Shown here: piece after piece, positions 52,611 to 63,034 of the stretch
How positions within the stretch are numbered: the stretch's first letter is position 1
How the letters are laid out: each line of letters begins with the position of its first letter
Assembly (NCBI GenBank): GCA_963674945.2
Contig: CAXXWQ010000001.1
Span: forward strand, 320,001 to 384,000
Source of the DNA: an uncultured Desulfosarcina sp.
GTDB taxonomy: Bacteria > Desulfobacterota > Desulfobacteria > Desulfobacterales > Desulfosarcinaceae
Direction: 5' to 3'
DNA length: 64,000 nt
Position numbers and translations under genes: made by a program
Notes under the pieces: model-generated
Told to the model about the DNA's origin: nothing
What the model saw: the letters and a program-made list of their open reading frames with translations, nothing else
The model's database searches: none

Positions 52611-53960
52611 TTAAAAATAGTAGGTGAGCCAAAGGTACGCCTGATCATTGGGGGTAGCTTTGAAGGCCAAACCGTCGGCGTCGACATCGAAACCACCGAA
52701 CTCTGTGCCGGAGGCGCCCCAATGCCATTGGACGCCGAAAATGAGTTGTACGTCGCCACCCGCATCCCAAAGTATCTGGGGCTGGAGCAGCCCGGAGGGA
52801 TCGGCCAGGTTGAAGATGGCCGTCGTATGCCATTGAACCAGGGGATGCAGTTCCACCTGCGCTTGTCCGGCCAGGTAAAACCGGCCGAGGGTAAACAACT
52901 CGCCCCGGAGGATTCTGTCCATGAGCGCATCGCTTTCGAACGCCTGCCCGTAGTCATTGATGCGGCCTACACCGTTATAGTAAAATTCCAGCAACCCGTA
53001 GACATTTTTTCCTGCCCACATCCAGGCATAGTCCAGGTTGGCCACTACCTGGAAAAAATCATCTTCCCGGCTTTCTTCTGTGACATGGGAGTAGACGGCG
53101 TTGACTCTCCAGGCCGCTTCCTTCAGATAGCCGCTGGCACCCAGTGCCCCGATGGCATCATCGAAATGGCGGGCCGCCATGGCGCTGGCTTCCATGGCGC
53201 CGGCAAAGAGGTGAGCCTTCATGGCGTAGGAGGAATTGTCGTCTTCAACGCTCCCGGTGAGCGGATCACGTCGGGGAAGGTAGAGCGTTTGTATCTCGAC
53301 TTCGCCAATGGGGATCTGAACCAGGGCCATGTCATCGCCCACCTTGTAATCGCGCTGCACGGCCGCGGGTGCAAACGGGTTGAACAGGTCCATGGGATTG
53401 AACACCAGGCCATCGCCCCAGGTCAACGCCTGACGTCCTATGCGAAGGGTTCCCCAGTCGGGTGTCCAGGTCAGGTTGAGACGATCCAGGCGGTGATATA
53501 TGATGTGATCGTCGGTATCGCTGATCACATGGGTGAGATCCATGAGACGCCGGTCGTCATTGATTGGCTGGTCTGCGAAGACGACGGCTGACGGCGATCC
53601 GGGCAGCATATCCGAAAGCGTCTGTATGGTCTCTCGGGTATCGCCGCCCGCCGCCACCAGCTCGTAATGGGTATCGAAGGTCCAGCGCGATCCGATGTTC
53701 AGTCGGTTTTTCTGCCGCCATTCGGCCTGCCCGTCGATATAGGGACCATCATCCACACGCCCCAATAGGGAATCCTCATCCACCGCAGTCACGGTGCCGA
53801 TGACTCTCGCATGTCCCCCCCACCGTATTTCGATTCCCGGGATGATATCCGGTGTCGATTCACTCGTGGTTTCGGCGCGTGCGGCAGGCCGCGAGAAGAT
53901 CAGGGCGGGCAGAACGCAGGCGGCGCCGAACAGGACAATGGCAAAAGACGTTTTTCTCAT
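52611..53960 (-). CDS. Outer-membrane beta-barrel protein associated with the Lol-like ABC operon
   Basis: Signal peptide, 'LRIGRQALTWG...NPMDLFNP', C-terminal 'WLTYYF'. Confidence 0.75.
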   Translation of the reverse strand: MRKTSFAIVLFGAACVLPALIFSRPAARAETTSESTPDIIPGIEIRWGGHARVIGTVTAVDEDSLLGRVDDGPYIDGQAEWRQKNRLNIGSRWTFDTHYELVAAGGDTRETIQTLSDMLPGSPSAVVFADQPINDDRRLMDLTHVISDTDDHIIYHRLDRLNLTWTPDWGTLRIGRQALTWGDGLVFNPMDLFNPFAPAAVQRDYKVGDDMALVQIPIGEVEIQTLYLPRRDPLTGSVEDDNSSYAMKAHLFAGAMEASAMAARHFDDAIGALGASGYLKEAAWRVNAVYSHVTEESREDDFFQVVANLDYAWMWAGKNVYGLLEFYYNGVGRINDYGQAFESDALMDRILRGELFTLGRFYLAGQAQVELHPLVQWHTTAIFNLADPSGLLQPQILWDAGGDVQLIFGVQWHWGASGTEFGGFDVDADGLAFKATPNDQAYLWLTYYF

Positions 53961-53972
53961 TTTTTAAAGCCG

Positions 53973-54668
53973 TCAACGATCCACTTTGTTTTGATCACTT
54001 TCGATTCGACCATCACGAATCATGACGATACGGCGCGCGAAATCCATGACCATCTGGTCATGGGTGGAAAAGATGAAGGTAACCTGGCGTTCCCGGTTCA
54101 TCCGACGCATCAACTGAAGGAGCTTTTCGCCGGTTTTGGAGTCCAGGTTGGCCGTTGGTTCGTCGGCCAATACGATGAATGGGTTGGAGACAATCGCGCG
54201 GGCCACGGCCACCCGTTGCTGTTGCCCGCCGGACAGCTCGGCGGGTCGGCGGTCGTATTTACCGGCCAGCTCGACCGTATCCAGGATCTTGCGTGCCCGT
54301 TTTCTGCGCTCAGCGGCGGGTATGCCCTGCAGCAGCATGACATACTCCACATTTTCCGCGGCCGAGAGTACCGGGATCAGATTGTAGGACTGGAAGATGA
54401 ATCCGATCCGGTACAACCGCAGGTCCGCCATCTGTGACCTGGAAAGGTCGGCATAGGCCTGACCGTCCACACAAATGGTTCCACCGTTCGGTTCATCCAA
54501 TCCGCCGATCAGGTTGAGCAAGGTGGTCTTGCCCGAGCCCGACGGTCCGGCCAGGGCGATAAATGCACCGGCCGCCACCGACAGGTCGACGTTTGCCAGG
54601 GCTTTGACCGTCACCTTGCCCTGTTGATAGGTCTTCGATACCCCTTCACATTCCACGATTGCCGTCAT
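53973..54668 (-). CDS. ABC transporter ATP-binding protein (LolD/MacB-type)
   Basis: GPSGSGKT, LSGGQQQRVAVARA, LADEPTANLD. Confidence 0.95.
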   Translation of the reverse strand: MTAIVECEGVSKTYQQGKVTVKALANVDLSVAAGAFIALAGPSGSGKTTLLNLIGGLDEPNGGTICVDGQAYADLSRSQMADLRLYRIGFIFQSYNLIPVLSAAENVEYVMLLQGIPAAERRKRARKILDTVELAGKYDRRPAELSGGQQQRVAVARAIVSNPFIVLADEPTANLDSKTGEKLLQLMRRMNRERQVTFIFSTHDQMVMDFARRIVMIRDGRIESDQNKVDR

Positions 54669-54725
54669 TGTCTTTTCTCTCTTCTTATTCCTGAGGTGTA
54701 GAAAACATGGTCCTCTGGACAAGGC

Positions 54726-54907
54726 CAGCGTTTATTGGCGCTGCCGTAGGGTTGTTACAAGAATCCAGGAGTCAGAATTCAGAATACAGAATCAGGAATT
54801 CGCCTTCGGCTCGATCCATTTTATTTAATCGGTGGAGCAAGGCGACATCAGATTCATTCTGGCTCCTGAATTCTGGCTTCTGGCTCCTGTGGCTTTTAGT
54901 GATCGCA
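54726..54907. repeat. 182-bp intergenic repeat, copy 1, built of inverted heptamer runs
   Basis: Highly similar to 56262-56443; (CAGAATT/CAGGAGT)n and (TTCTGGC/TCCTGAA)n arms. Confidence 0.88.
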
Positions 54908-54985
54908 ACGTATACCCCTTAAAAGGGGAGCCCAAAGCCGGCCCTCTGGACCCGAATTTTACTCCCCGTTTCGCAACACATAGGA

Positions 54986-56209
54986 TCAATGGTGGACCAT
55001 TGCTTGCACCGGCGTAAACCGGGCCGCCTTTACCGCCGGGTAGAGGCAGACCAACAAACCCAGCAGAAGGACCACCATATTGGCATTAATCAGATCTTTG
55101 GCCAGGATTTTGGGGATAATCACTCTGGCCATTCCGGCATACTCCGCGCCTTTGGCCAGGGCCGACAAGTCAATGCCATGAAAGGAGAGGGCCCAGCAGC
55201 TGAGAAGTCCGAGGATATTGCCAATGAGCATCCCCGATAGCAGGATAATTATCGCTTCGGTGAGAATTCCCCGGATGATGCGACCGGGACCCATTCCCAG
55301 CGCTTTAAGCAGGCCGAACTCACGCATGCGTTCGAAGACGGCCATAAGCGTCGTGTTGAGAATGCCAAACCCCATGGCCACGAATACCACCACAAACCAG
55401 ATAAAGATAAACGAGTCGTATATATCGAGGTAGGCTGTAAGAAGCGGCAGCGCCTGCTGCCATGACCGCACGGATAGCTGTTTCCCGGCCAGTTCCTTCT
55501 CGAGCATCTGCGCCGTTTGCACGGCTTTTTCCGGAGCGGGAAGCAAAATGCTGATTTCCGATACGGCCGCTCCCATCTTCAGCATCTTCTGGGCCGACGC
55601 ACGGGCCACGAAGACATAGGCCTTTTCCGTCGCCTCCATTTCAGCCTGAAAAATGCCGACGATACGAAAGGCCTTGGATGCGATTTGGCCGGTTTTGTCC
55701 TGGGTCATCAGGATCAACTTGCGACCCGGCCCGGTTCCAAAACGCCGCGCCAGGGCACCTCCGATCAGGATGGCATGGCTGTCATCGGCTTTCAGATAAC
55801 GCCCTTGGGTGACGGCCGAACCAATGAAGGACAGGGGCTTTTCCATTTGCGGGTCGATGCCCACCAGGGTCACGCTGCCGTTATGACGGGCATTGCTGGC
55901 GATGGCGTTGACCCTCACACGCGAGGCCCAATGGCTTGCCACCGGAAGCAGCCGCGCCAGGGGTTTGGTGATTTCTGCCGGGGCTTCGATGCTGTTGTCG
56001 ATGGATGGGTCGTCGGGATAATTGCGTTGGTGAATTTGGACATGACCGGTCAGGGTATCGATGCCATTTTTGATCATGCCGTCAATGATGCCGCGCATCA
56101 ACGCGCCCAAAAAGACCATGCTCCACAACCCGATGACAACGGCGATAAGGATCACGGCTGTCCGCCTCGGATTGCGCCAGATATTGCGCCAGGCAATTTG
56201 AAGGTCCAT
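54986..56209 (-). CDS. ABC permease (LolC/E-FtsX type)
   Basis: 'AWRNIWRNPRRT', 'MAVFERMREFGLLKALG', 'YPAVKAARFTPV'. Confidence 0.93.
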   Translation of the reverse strand: MDLQIAWRNIWRNPRRTAVILIAVVIGLWSMVFLGALMRGIIDGMIKNGIDTLTGHVQIHQRNYPDDPSIDNSIEAPAEITKPLARLLPVASHWASRVRVNAIASNARHNGSVTLVGIDPQMEKPLSFIGSAVTQGRYLKADDSHAILIGGALARRFGTGPGRKLILMTQDKTGQIASKAFRIVGIFQAEMEATEKAYVFVARASAQKMLKMGAAVSEISILLPAPEKAVQTAQMLEKELAGKQLSVRSWQQALPLLTAYLDIYDSFIFIWFVVVFVAMGFGILNTTLMAVFERMREFGLLKALGMGPGRIIRGILTEAIIILLSGMLIGNILGLLSCWALSFHGIDLSALAKGAEYAGMARVIIPKILAKDLINANMVVLLLGLLVCLYPAVKAARFTPVQAMVHH

Positions 56210-56261
56210 GGTGGAACATCCTTTTCATTGCGGTGCAGAAAATCGGTCTTCTGCACTAAGT

Positions 56262-56443
56262 CAGCGTTTATTGGCTCTGCTGTATGATTGTTACAAGAAT
56301 CCAGGAGTCAGAATTCAGAATTCAGAATCAGGCATTCGCCTTCGGCTCGATCTATTTTATGCAATCGATGGAGCGAAGCGACATCAGGTTCACTCTGGCT
56401 CCTGAATTCTGGCTTCTGGCTCCTGTGGCTTTTAGTGATCGCA
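56262..56443. repeat. 182-bp intergenic repeat, copy 2
   Basis: Same orientation and length as 54726-54907. Confidence 0.88.
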
Positions 56444-56497
56444 GTGTATCCTCCTTTCCAGCGGATCTTCTATAACCGTATTTTCCCTGCGATACCG

Positions 56498-57742
56498 TCA
56501 TCTTTGCCGCATGGCCTCCACAGGCGAAAGATGCCTGATCTTGAATGCCGGATAAAGCGCCGCCATCAAGGTGATGAGAAATACGGCTCCCGGACCGACC
56601 GTTATTGAAATCAATGTTAATTGCGGGTAAAGAACAGTGGGGATGCCGAACTGACGAGAAATTTCAGAAGCATCACCCATGTTGATCCCATGAACCATGA
56701 AATAGCCGGTGACCAGACATCCGATCACCATGCCGGAAACCACACCTACCAGGGTCATACCGATGGACTCGGTCAGTACCAGGCGGGTTAAACGATTGGG
56801 CCGGGTTCCCATGGCCATCATCACGCCGAATTCGTAAGTACGCTCCAAAACGGCCATTAAAAAAGTATTGAGAATACTGAAGGCCACTACCATGATGAGG
56901 ATCAGGTAGAAGATCGCGCCGCTGATCAGGTCCATGCCGATGGCCTGTTTGAGGCCCGGCATCAATGCCTCCCAGTCCAGGACCACAAGGGGCGGCCGGT
57001 TGGCAAGGTTTTCCAGGGCCGGCAAGAGCGCAGCTGTAATGGAATCGGTGTCTCCCAGCCGGTTGCCGACGATGACGATTTCATGCACGCCGTCGTCCAT
57101 GGCGAAAATTTCCTGAAACCGCGAAAGGGGGATTTGAATGGCGCTTCTGTCCAATTCGTCCAGGCCGGAATTGGTGATGCCGTGTACGCGAACCACCGTG
57201 GCGGCGATGGAGCCGTCACGTCCCTGGCCCAGCAAGGTGAGTTCGTCCCCCACGCCCACCTTCAGGTTGCGTGCCAGAAGGTGGCCGACCAGGGCATTTG
57301 GCAGGCCCTCTACTCCGGCATCCGTATCCAGATACTCACCCTGGCGAACGATGTCGGCCAGGGTCGAAACCTGTTTTTCCGCTTCCGGATCGATTCCTTC
57401 CACCATGACGCCGAAGGTGCGGGCCCGGGAGGATATCAGGGCAAACGCCCTGGCGCGCGGGGCATAGGCCTTGACCTGGGGGATGGCCTCCAGCGCCTGT
57501 TCGACGGGCAGCGGATCGGGGATTGCCAGGCGGATCTCCTTATCCTCCTGATAACCGCTGACCTGAACCTGCAGATGGCCGGTGTGAACCTTTACCGAGG
57601 CATTGATCATGGTCTCGTAGCTGCCAAGCTGAAACGATAGCATGAAAACCAATAGAGTACAGGCAAAGGCAATGGCCGTGACAGTGAGAAGGGTCCGCCG
57701 GGGATTGCGCCACATATTGCGCCAGGCCATTTTGACGTTCAT
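56498..57742 (-). CDS. ABC permease (LolC/E-FtsX type)
   Basis: 'AWRNMWRNPRRT', 'MAVLERTYEFGVMMAMG', 'YPAFKIRHLSPVEA'. Confidence 0.93.
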   Translation of the reverse strand: MNVKMAWRNMWRNPRRTLLTVTAIAFACTLLVFMLSFQLGSYETMINASVKVHTGHLQVQVSGYQEDKEIRLAIPDPLPVEQALEAIPQVKAYAPRARAFALISSRARTFGVMVEGIDPEAEKQVSTLADIVRQGEYLDTDAGVEGLPNALVGHLLARNLKVGVGDELTLLGQGRDGSIAATVVRVHGITNSGLDELDRSAIQIPLSRFQEIFAMDDGVHEIVIVGNRLGDTDSITAALLPALENLANRPPLVVLDWEALMPGLKQAIGMDLISGAIFYLILIMVVAFSILNTFLMAVLERTYEFGVMMAMGTRPNRLTRLVLTESIGMTLVGVVSGMVIGCLVTGYFMVHGINMGDASEISRQFGIPTVLYPQLTLISITVGPGAVFLITLMAALYPAFKIRHLSPVEAMRQR

Positions 57743-57764
57743 TGTAACGTCCGGGGCAACCATG

Positions 57765-58535
57765 TCATTCCCGCCTTCCGGTTTTCAGTGCATTGATGGT
57801 AAACAGCCGATCGGGAAGATTTTCGGAAAACGAGATGGAATGGTATCGCAAAAGGGTGTATTGATCGGTCTTATCTGTTTCCTGCATTTTCCAGATTTTG
57901 GGGAACATGCGGCCTCCCATCATCTGGATGTCGTGGGCGGTCATGCGTTTGACCGACATCCGGTCTTCGTCGAAAAATTCCTGCTCGATCAGAACATGAT
58001 CGTCGCGGATTCTGCTGATCTGCATGCCCCAGACAACCGGTGCGTCCGGCTTGGGAATGGATTTGATTACATAGACCACATGGCCATCGCTGGTCTCGGT
58101 GTCCATCAGGCTATGGTCGTAATCATTGAGAATGCTGTCGCTTTTGGCCAGATCGTTGTTCGAGAAATCAGATCCCATCCAGCTTTGGGACATCATCGCC
58201 GGCGGAAGCTTGATGACCCGGTTGACTTTAGGGTTGAAGGTCCACATGTCGATTCCGTCCTTCAGCGTGCCGTTTCCCTCATCCTTGGCAGGGGCCGTGA
58301 TACGGATCAAGCTTTTGTCCGTTCCCTTGGTCCAGCCGACCATGCGCATGCTGCGCTCCCAGTTGGGGCGGTGGATCACCATTTCCACATCGGCCTTGGA
58401 TGCCTTGCCGCGATAATGGTCGAAGCTGGCCTGGATCAGCTTCGCCGGGTCCAATGATGCGTCGCCGGCCGCACATGGTGTCGTCGCGGGAGACATCCCC
58501 AACAATAACCCGATGAGTATCCACAAAAAGCGCAT
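57765..58535 (-). CDS. Outer-membrane lipoprotein-sorting (LolA-like) protein
   Basis: 'SLIRITAPAKDEGNGTL', 'QSWMGSDFSNNDL', 'LPDRLFT'. Confidence 0.88.
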   Translation of the reverse strand: MRFLWILIGLLLGMSPATTPCAAGDASLDPAKLIQASFDHYRGKASKADVEMVIHRPNWERSMRMVGWTKGTDKSLIRITAPAKDEGNGTLKDGIDMWTFNPKVNRVIKLPPAMMSQSWMGSDFSNNDLAKSDSILNDYDHSLMDTETSDGHVVYVIKSIPKPDAPVVWGMQISRIRDDHVLIEQEFFDEDRMSVKRMTAHDIQMMGGRMFPKIWKMQETDKTDQYTLLRYHSISFSENLPDRLFTINALKTGRRE

Positions 58536-58583
58536 ATTTTCCTCCTGACGATGATAGATGGCATAGGCAATCGCTTTCGCAAG

Positions 58584-59222
58584 TTATCCTTTGATCGATT
58601 CTTGGGCATCGCCCTGTGTATTTGCGCCGATGCCCCGCAACACCACATCCAGAAAACTGCGGGACGTGGCAAGGGCGTCAAATTTCGGATCCAGCCAGGC
58701 TTGCAGTATCAGGGCATCCCAGGTTCCGACCAATGCCGCGGCGATGTTTTCGGCATCGATCGTTGCAGGGACTTCGCCGACCTGCTGGGCGGAGCGGATC
58801 AGATCGCCGACGATGGCCCTGAGATCCCGATAGCCGTCCTGAAAGACAGACTTGAAAGACTCCCGGCTTGGTGAGGATGCCGTCGCCGACCAGAATTCCA
58901 TGATCAGGGAGTACATTTCGATCTGCTCCAGCCAGGCTTCGATGATGCTGTCCCCCAGCATTCTGATACGTTGCGCGAAGGATTCGCCTGCAGAATCCTT
59001 TGCCTGGGAGAGAATACCGGCAGATTCGGTCATCATCGATTCGAATACGGCAAAAAAAAGGGCTTCCTTGCTGCGAAAGTATTCATAAATGGTTCCCTTG
59101 CCCACCGATGCGGCTTCGGCTACTTCGATGATCCGGGTGGATGCATATCCTTTCTGTGCAAAGACGCGGCGAGCGGCCTGGATGATATCCTGCTTGCGGT
59201 TGGGATCGGCTTTGCGGGGCAT
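58584..59222 (-). CDS. TetR/AcrR-family regulator
   Basis: 'IIQAARRVFAQKGYASTRIIEVAEAASVGKGTIYEYFRSKEALF'. Confidence 0.95.
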   Translation of the reverse strand: MPRKADPNRKQDIIQAARRVFAQKGYASTRIIEVAEAASVGKGTIYEYFRSKEALFFAVFESMMTESAGILSQAKDSAGESFAQRIRMLGDSIIEAWLEQIEMYSLIMEFWSATASSPSRESFKSVFQDGYRDLRAIVGDLIRSAQQVGEVPATIDAENIAAALVGTWDALILQAWLDPKFDALATSRSFLDVVLRGIGANTQGDAQESIKG

Positions 59223-59259
59223 AATCGGGACCCTGTCTCCTGGATGATTTTAACAATAC

Positions 59260-59273
59260 TGACCGGTCGGTCA
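59260..59273. promoter_or_regulatory. Probable TetR operator
   Basis: TGACCG-GT-CGGTCA palindrome about 40 bp upstream of the TetR start. Confidence 0.7.
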
Positions 59274-59459
59274 TTAATATCCGCCTTCTATTGGTCAAGT
59301 CAACCCTTTTTTGTCATCTACATGGAAAAAAAGGGCCGGAGAGATCCATGCGCCGATACGCTTTTCCAGGCCAAAGATGGCCAAACAGTATTGCGAAAGA
59401 AACTCGTTCTTCCATTATTTTGTCGATGGATAAAATGGGAAAAGCGTTTTACGTGTTCA

Positions 59460-60275
59460 TCAATAATGGGTGAGGGAGCCGTCACGCTTTGCTTTGATCA
59501 CGGCCTTTTGAAACAAAACGAGGCTGCTGGGCAAAATAACGATGGAGAAGAGGCAGAGGATCAATATGGTCGGCGCCAGTTGCGAAAGGGAATAGCCGTT
59601 GAGAATCGCCATTCGCATGCCTTCCAGAGAGTGGGTGACCGGCATTGCTTTTGCCGCCGTTTGCAGCCAACCCGGCAGAACGCTGAGCGGGTAATACAAG
59701 CCGCAAATCAAACCGGCCACTTTTACGAAAAGCCATCCGATTGGATCACCCCGTTTTACGATCATGATAAAGCTGGCGGAAATGATACCCAGCCCCGTTG
59801 ATGAAACGATGGTAAGCAGCAAAATGGCAAATGCGGCGGTCAGGTTTGCATGTCCAAGGTCAAGATCGAAGAATAAGGATCCAAAAACAAGATAGATAAT
59901 GACATTGACCGTCGCCCAGAAGAAACCATAGAGGGAAGAGGAAAAAATAATGGTGGGGATACTGGTGGGGGTCACAAGGATCGCTTCCAGGGTGCCGAGC
60001 ATCTGGCCTTCCCGGATAATGCCTGAAAGGCCTGTTATGGAAAAGTTCAGATAGCTGATGAACGCAATGCCGATGAGAACGAATGCAAAGTAGTTGCCCC
60101 CATAAGGTTTAAGGTGCGTTGTTCCGATATCCGCCATGAGCCGGGAGAGAAAAAAGTAGGTCAACACCGAGACGACCATACCCACCATTTGCATGATAAA
60201 TGCGGTTTTGTATGTGGCGTCGCTGATCAGGTCACGGCAGAAGAAAGCTTTCATTTTTCGTAGCAAAATGCTCAT
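59460..60275 (-). CDS. ABC-2 type exporter permease
   Basis: 'GTLEAILVTP', 'GLYYPLSVLPGWLQ', 'PVTHSLEGMR'. Confidence 0.9.
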   Translation of the reverse strand: MSILLRKMKAFFCRDLISDATYKTAFIMQMVGMVVSVLTYFFLSRLMADIGTTHLKPYGGNYFAFVLIGIAFISYLNFSITGLSGIIREGQMLGTLEAILVTPTSIPTIIFSSSLYGFFWATVNVIIYLVFGSLFFDLDLGHANLTAAFAILLLTIVSSTGLGIISASFIMIVKRGDPIGWLFVKVAGLICGLYYPLSVLPGWLQTAAKAMPVTHSLEGMRMAILNGYSLSQLAPTILILCLFSIVILPSSLVLFQKAVIKAKRDGSLTHY

Positions 60276-60286
60276 TATCGTAATCC

Positions 60287-61300
60287 TTATGCGCTTTTTC
60301 GAATCAGCAACCGGGAGAACGCATCCTCCAATGAAAAATTCGATTCCTGAAACGAAGAGATGCGACCACCCATTGCCAGGATGCTCTCCATAAGCTGGCT
60401 GGCGTTATCTCTTCCACCTGCAATCTCAATTTCAATCTGCGTGTTCGAAAATGGAGTCGTCGTTTCCTTTACCCATGCATTTTGAACGGTCGAGATCGAT
60501 TCTATTTTTTCCAACAAATCCCTTTTGAAGTTATCGATGCCTACGATAAATCGTTTTCGATTCGATAACGTCGCCTTTATTTCTTCGACCGTACCCGTCG
60601 CTTTCACCTTGCCTTTGTCCAGCACGGCAATCCGGTTGCACAGTTGTTCCACTTCGGCCAGATTATGGGTGGCCATCAACACCGTCTTTCCTTCGATTTT
60701 CACCAGTGTGCCCTTGATGAAATTCTTAATCTTCCTTGCAACCATGGGATCGAGTCCGCTGGTCGGCTCGTCCATGATCAGTATATCGGGGTTGGTCAGC
60801 ATGCCGCGGGCAATCGCCAGCATCTTTTTCATGCCCGTCGAATACGTCTTGAACATTTTGTCCCCGTGAGCGGTCAATCCAACCAGATCCAACAGGTATG
60901 AAACCCGATTGTCGACCTCTTTTTGGGGGATGTTGTTGAGTACGGCAAAAAATCGCAGGTTCTGACGACCCGTGAGGCGCCAATAGAAACTTCGTTCATC
61001 ACCGATGACATATCCCAGCTTCGGTTTGACTTTCACAGGATCCTTGCAAACATCCACGCCTTCGATGTATGCGGTCCCTTTGGTGGGCAGTACCAGTGTA
61101 CAGAGGATTTTGATCAGCGTCGTCTTGCCCGCTCCGTTGGAGCCGAGCAGGCCGAACAGATCGCCCCTTTCGACCCGCAGGTCGATCTCCTGCAGGGCGG
61201 TGACGGTCTTTTGCCGAAAGGGATGAAACAACAATTCCCTATACGTCTTTGTTACGGGAAAGACCTTGCTCAGATTGCAAATATGAATCGCGGTAGGCAC
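60287..61300 (-). CDS. ABC-2 type exporter ATP-binding protein
   Basis: GSNGAGKTT, YSTGMKK, MDEPTSGLDP. Confidence 0.93.
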   Translation of the reverse strand: MPTAIHICNLSKVFPVTKTYRELLFHPFRQKTVTALQEIDLRVERGDLFGLLGSNGAGKTTLIKILCTLVLPTKGTAYIEGVDVCKDPVKVKPKLGYVIGDERSFYWRLTGRQNLRFFAVLNNIPQKEVDNRVSYLLDLVGLTAHGDKMFKTYSTGMKKMLAIARGMLTNPDILIMDEPTSGLDPMVARKIKNFIKGTLVKIEGKTVLMATHNLAEVEQLCNRIAVLDKGKVKATGTVEEIKATLSNRKRFIVGIDNFKRDLLEKIESISTVQNAWVKETTTPFSNTQIEIEIAGGRDNASQLMESILAMGGRISSFQESNFSLEDAFSRLLIRKSA

Positions 61301-61342
61301 ATCGATCCCCTTTGGTTCAGTTGGCCATGAGAAAATTAGTTC

Positions 61343-62512
61343 TCATTTCGTCAGGAAAAGATGACGCGTAAACATTCCATAGCGCCATAACAATTGAAAA
61401 GGCCGGAAAAAGTAGTAAACGTATACTTTCCAAGATGAAGTGGAAATACCGTATCGATAGGACATTTCGGCACGATTGGGGAAAAAGCGACGTTGGAGCA
61501 ATGCGAATTTCCGTCTCCACCTCTTCTCGGACCCGATGCTCACAAGTGATCCTGGAATCGAGTTGGGCTGATCTTTTTGAAAAAGGGTCTTCTCCATCAG
61601 TGCAACCAATGACGGGGCTGTATGCAGCACGGGCCAGGAAATCCGAGTTCCAAGGGGATCGAAAATATTCCTGGCCGTTTGCAAAACGGCGTACGATTCG
61701 CCTTGGATGCCGTAGCGCTTTGCCTCATTGTCAAAAAGCGTCCAATCGATGGATTCACCGGCATGCACCAGGAGACGGTGGATATCAACCAGCCCCCGAA
61801 GCGTTGTTTTTGTCTCACCACTGGAAAACAGATGCAGGCAAAGATGCAAGGCCATATCCGTCCAACCCAGTATCCGGGTCGGGAGGCCGGAAATGCTGGC
61901 GGCGGTCGAACGGCTCCACCAAGCGTCAACGTCCACGTGAATCCTGTTATTGATGTTCCAGTGCAGTTCGACGACCACTGATGTTTCGTCATGAATCATC
62001 GGCGCCAGATGGTGGTGATTCTTTCGGTAGTTCTCCTGAACCTCGATCGAGCTGTCGGTCCGATAACCAAGGCGTTGCAGAAGGTCTCGCGCTCGCGCCA
62101 AATCCCTTTTATGTACCAAGATATCAAGATCCTTATACGCGCGGGCACCGGGGTCATTGTATACCGCCTCGGCCAGGGCGGCCCCTTTCAGGAGAATGGC
62201 GGAAAGCCCCTCATCCCCGAAGGTCCGCAGAATCCGTTTGAGTTCGAAACCCCGGAACATATTCTGGGCAAAATTCTGAAGATACGCGTTTTTCAGCAAC
62301 GCCACCGTTTCCTTCGGGATGTTCAGGTCATCTGCATAACAATGCAGCTGATGATACAACAAGGGACCCAAGCCCAGGGTTTCGGCGCGTCGGAAGACCG
62401 CCTCCCATTTGGATGACGAAGCAAAAAGCCGTCTTGTTTCCATCACCCATTGGTCGTCTTGTGGAAGTTGAAGGGCATGAACGAGTGTTCGATTTTCCCT
62501 GTGGTTGTCCAT
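61343..62512 (-). CDS. Nucleotidyltransferase family protein (NTP_transf_5-like)
   Basis: 'ILLKGAALA...R..KDLDILV', 'VELHW', 'HLCLH'. Confidence 0.88.
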   Translation of the reverse strand: MDNHRENRTLVHALQLPQDDQWVMETRRLFASSSKWEAVFRRAETLGLGPLLYHQLHCYADDLNIPKETVALLKNAYLQNFAQNMFRGFELKRILRTFGDEGLSAILLKGAALAEAVYNDPGARAYKDLDILVHKRDLARARDLLQRLGYRTDSSIEVQENYRKNHHHLAPMIHDETSVVVELHWNINNRIHVDVDAWWSRSTAASISGLPTRILGWTDMALHLCLHLFSSGETKTTLRGLVDIHRLLVHAGESIDWTLFDNEAKRYGIQGESYAVLQTARNIFDPLGTRISWPVLHTAPSLVALMEKTLFQKDQPNSIPGSLVSIGSEKRWRRKFALLQRRFFPNRAEMSYRYGISTSSWKVYVYYFFRPFQLLWRYGMFTRHLFLTK

Positions 62513-62523
62513 GGGTTTCCCCC

Positions 62524-63033
62524 TTACTGTGTAACCGTACCGAGTCGCCCCGTGTATCGGTTTGTCCAATGCGGCATGGGATAGCGATAGGTTTCCGTGT
62601 ACGTTGCCGTCATTTCAGGCTCAATTTCCAGAAAGAGATCCTTGTGGTACAACAGCCAGGCGTGACCTTCCAGTTGACCATGGACATCTTTGCCCTCGGC
62701 AAAAGGGAGCCGGATACCAAAACAGATCTGGACCGGCATCCCGATGCCGCGTAAGAAGTGGTAGAGGACAAGGGACCGTTTCAGGCAGGTCTGTTTCCAG
62801 ACACCAATGTTCCATCCCAAAATGAAATCCGTGTATTTTATAATTTTCGCCTCGGTTTGATCCGTACCCGGCGCGGTGGAGGAATTTTTGTTCTCAGGTG
62901 TCAATCGGGCCAGCAGACAAGGCAGGGTATGCCATTTGATCAATGCCGGCAACATCGTAATCAGGGCGAAGATTCGATAAAACAATCGGAAGTCCTGCCA
63001 ACAGGTGATATTTCTTCTCAGTTTGCGTATCAT
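62524..63033 (-). CDS. Lasso-peptide B2-type (transglutaminase-like) peptidase
   Basis: 'TCLKRSLVL...ICFGI...GHAWL' Cys/His catalytic motif. Confidence 0.88.
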   Translation of the reverse strand: MIRKLRRNITCWQDFRLFYRIFALITMLPALIKWHTLPCLLARLTPENKNSSTAPGTDQTEAKIIKYTDFILGWNIGVWKQTCLKRSLVLYHFLRGIGMPVQICFGIRLPFAEGKDVHGQLEGHAWLLYHKDLFLEIEPEMTATYTETYRYPMPHWTNRYTGRLGTVTQ

Positions 63034-63034
63034 T

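Noticed and set aside
54726..56443. Possible CRISPR array from the repeated CAGAATT/TTCTGGC units
   Set aside because: Units are 7-mers without unique spacers, and there are no cas genes in the window
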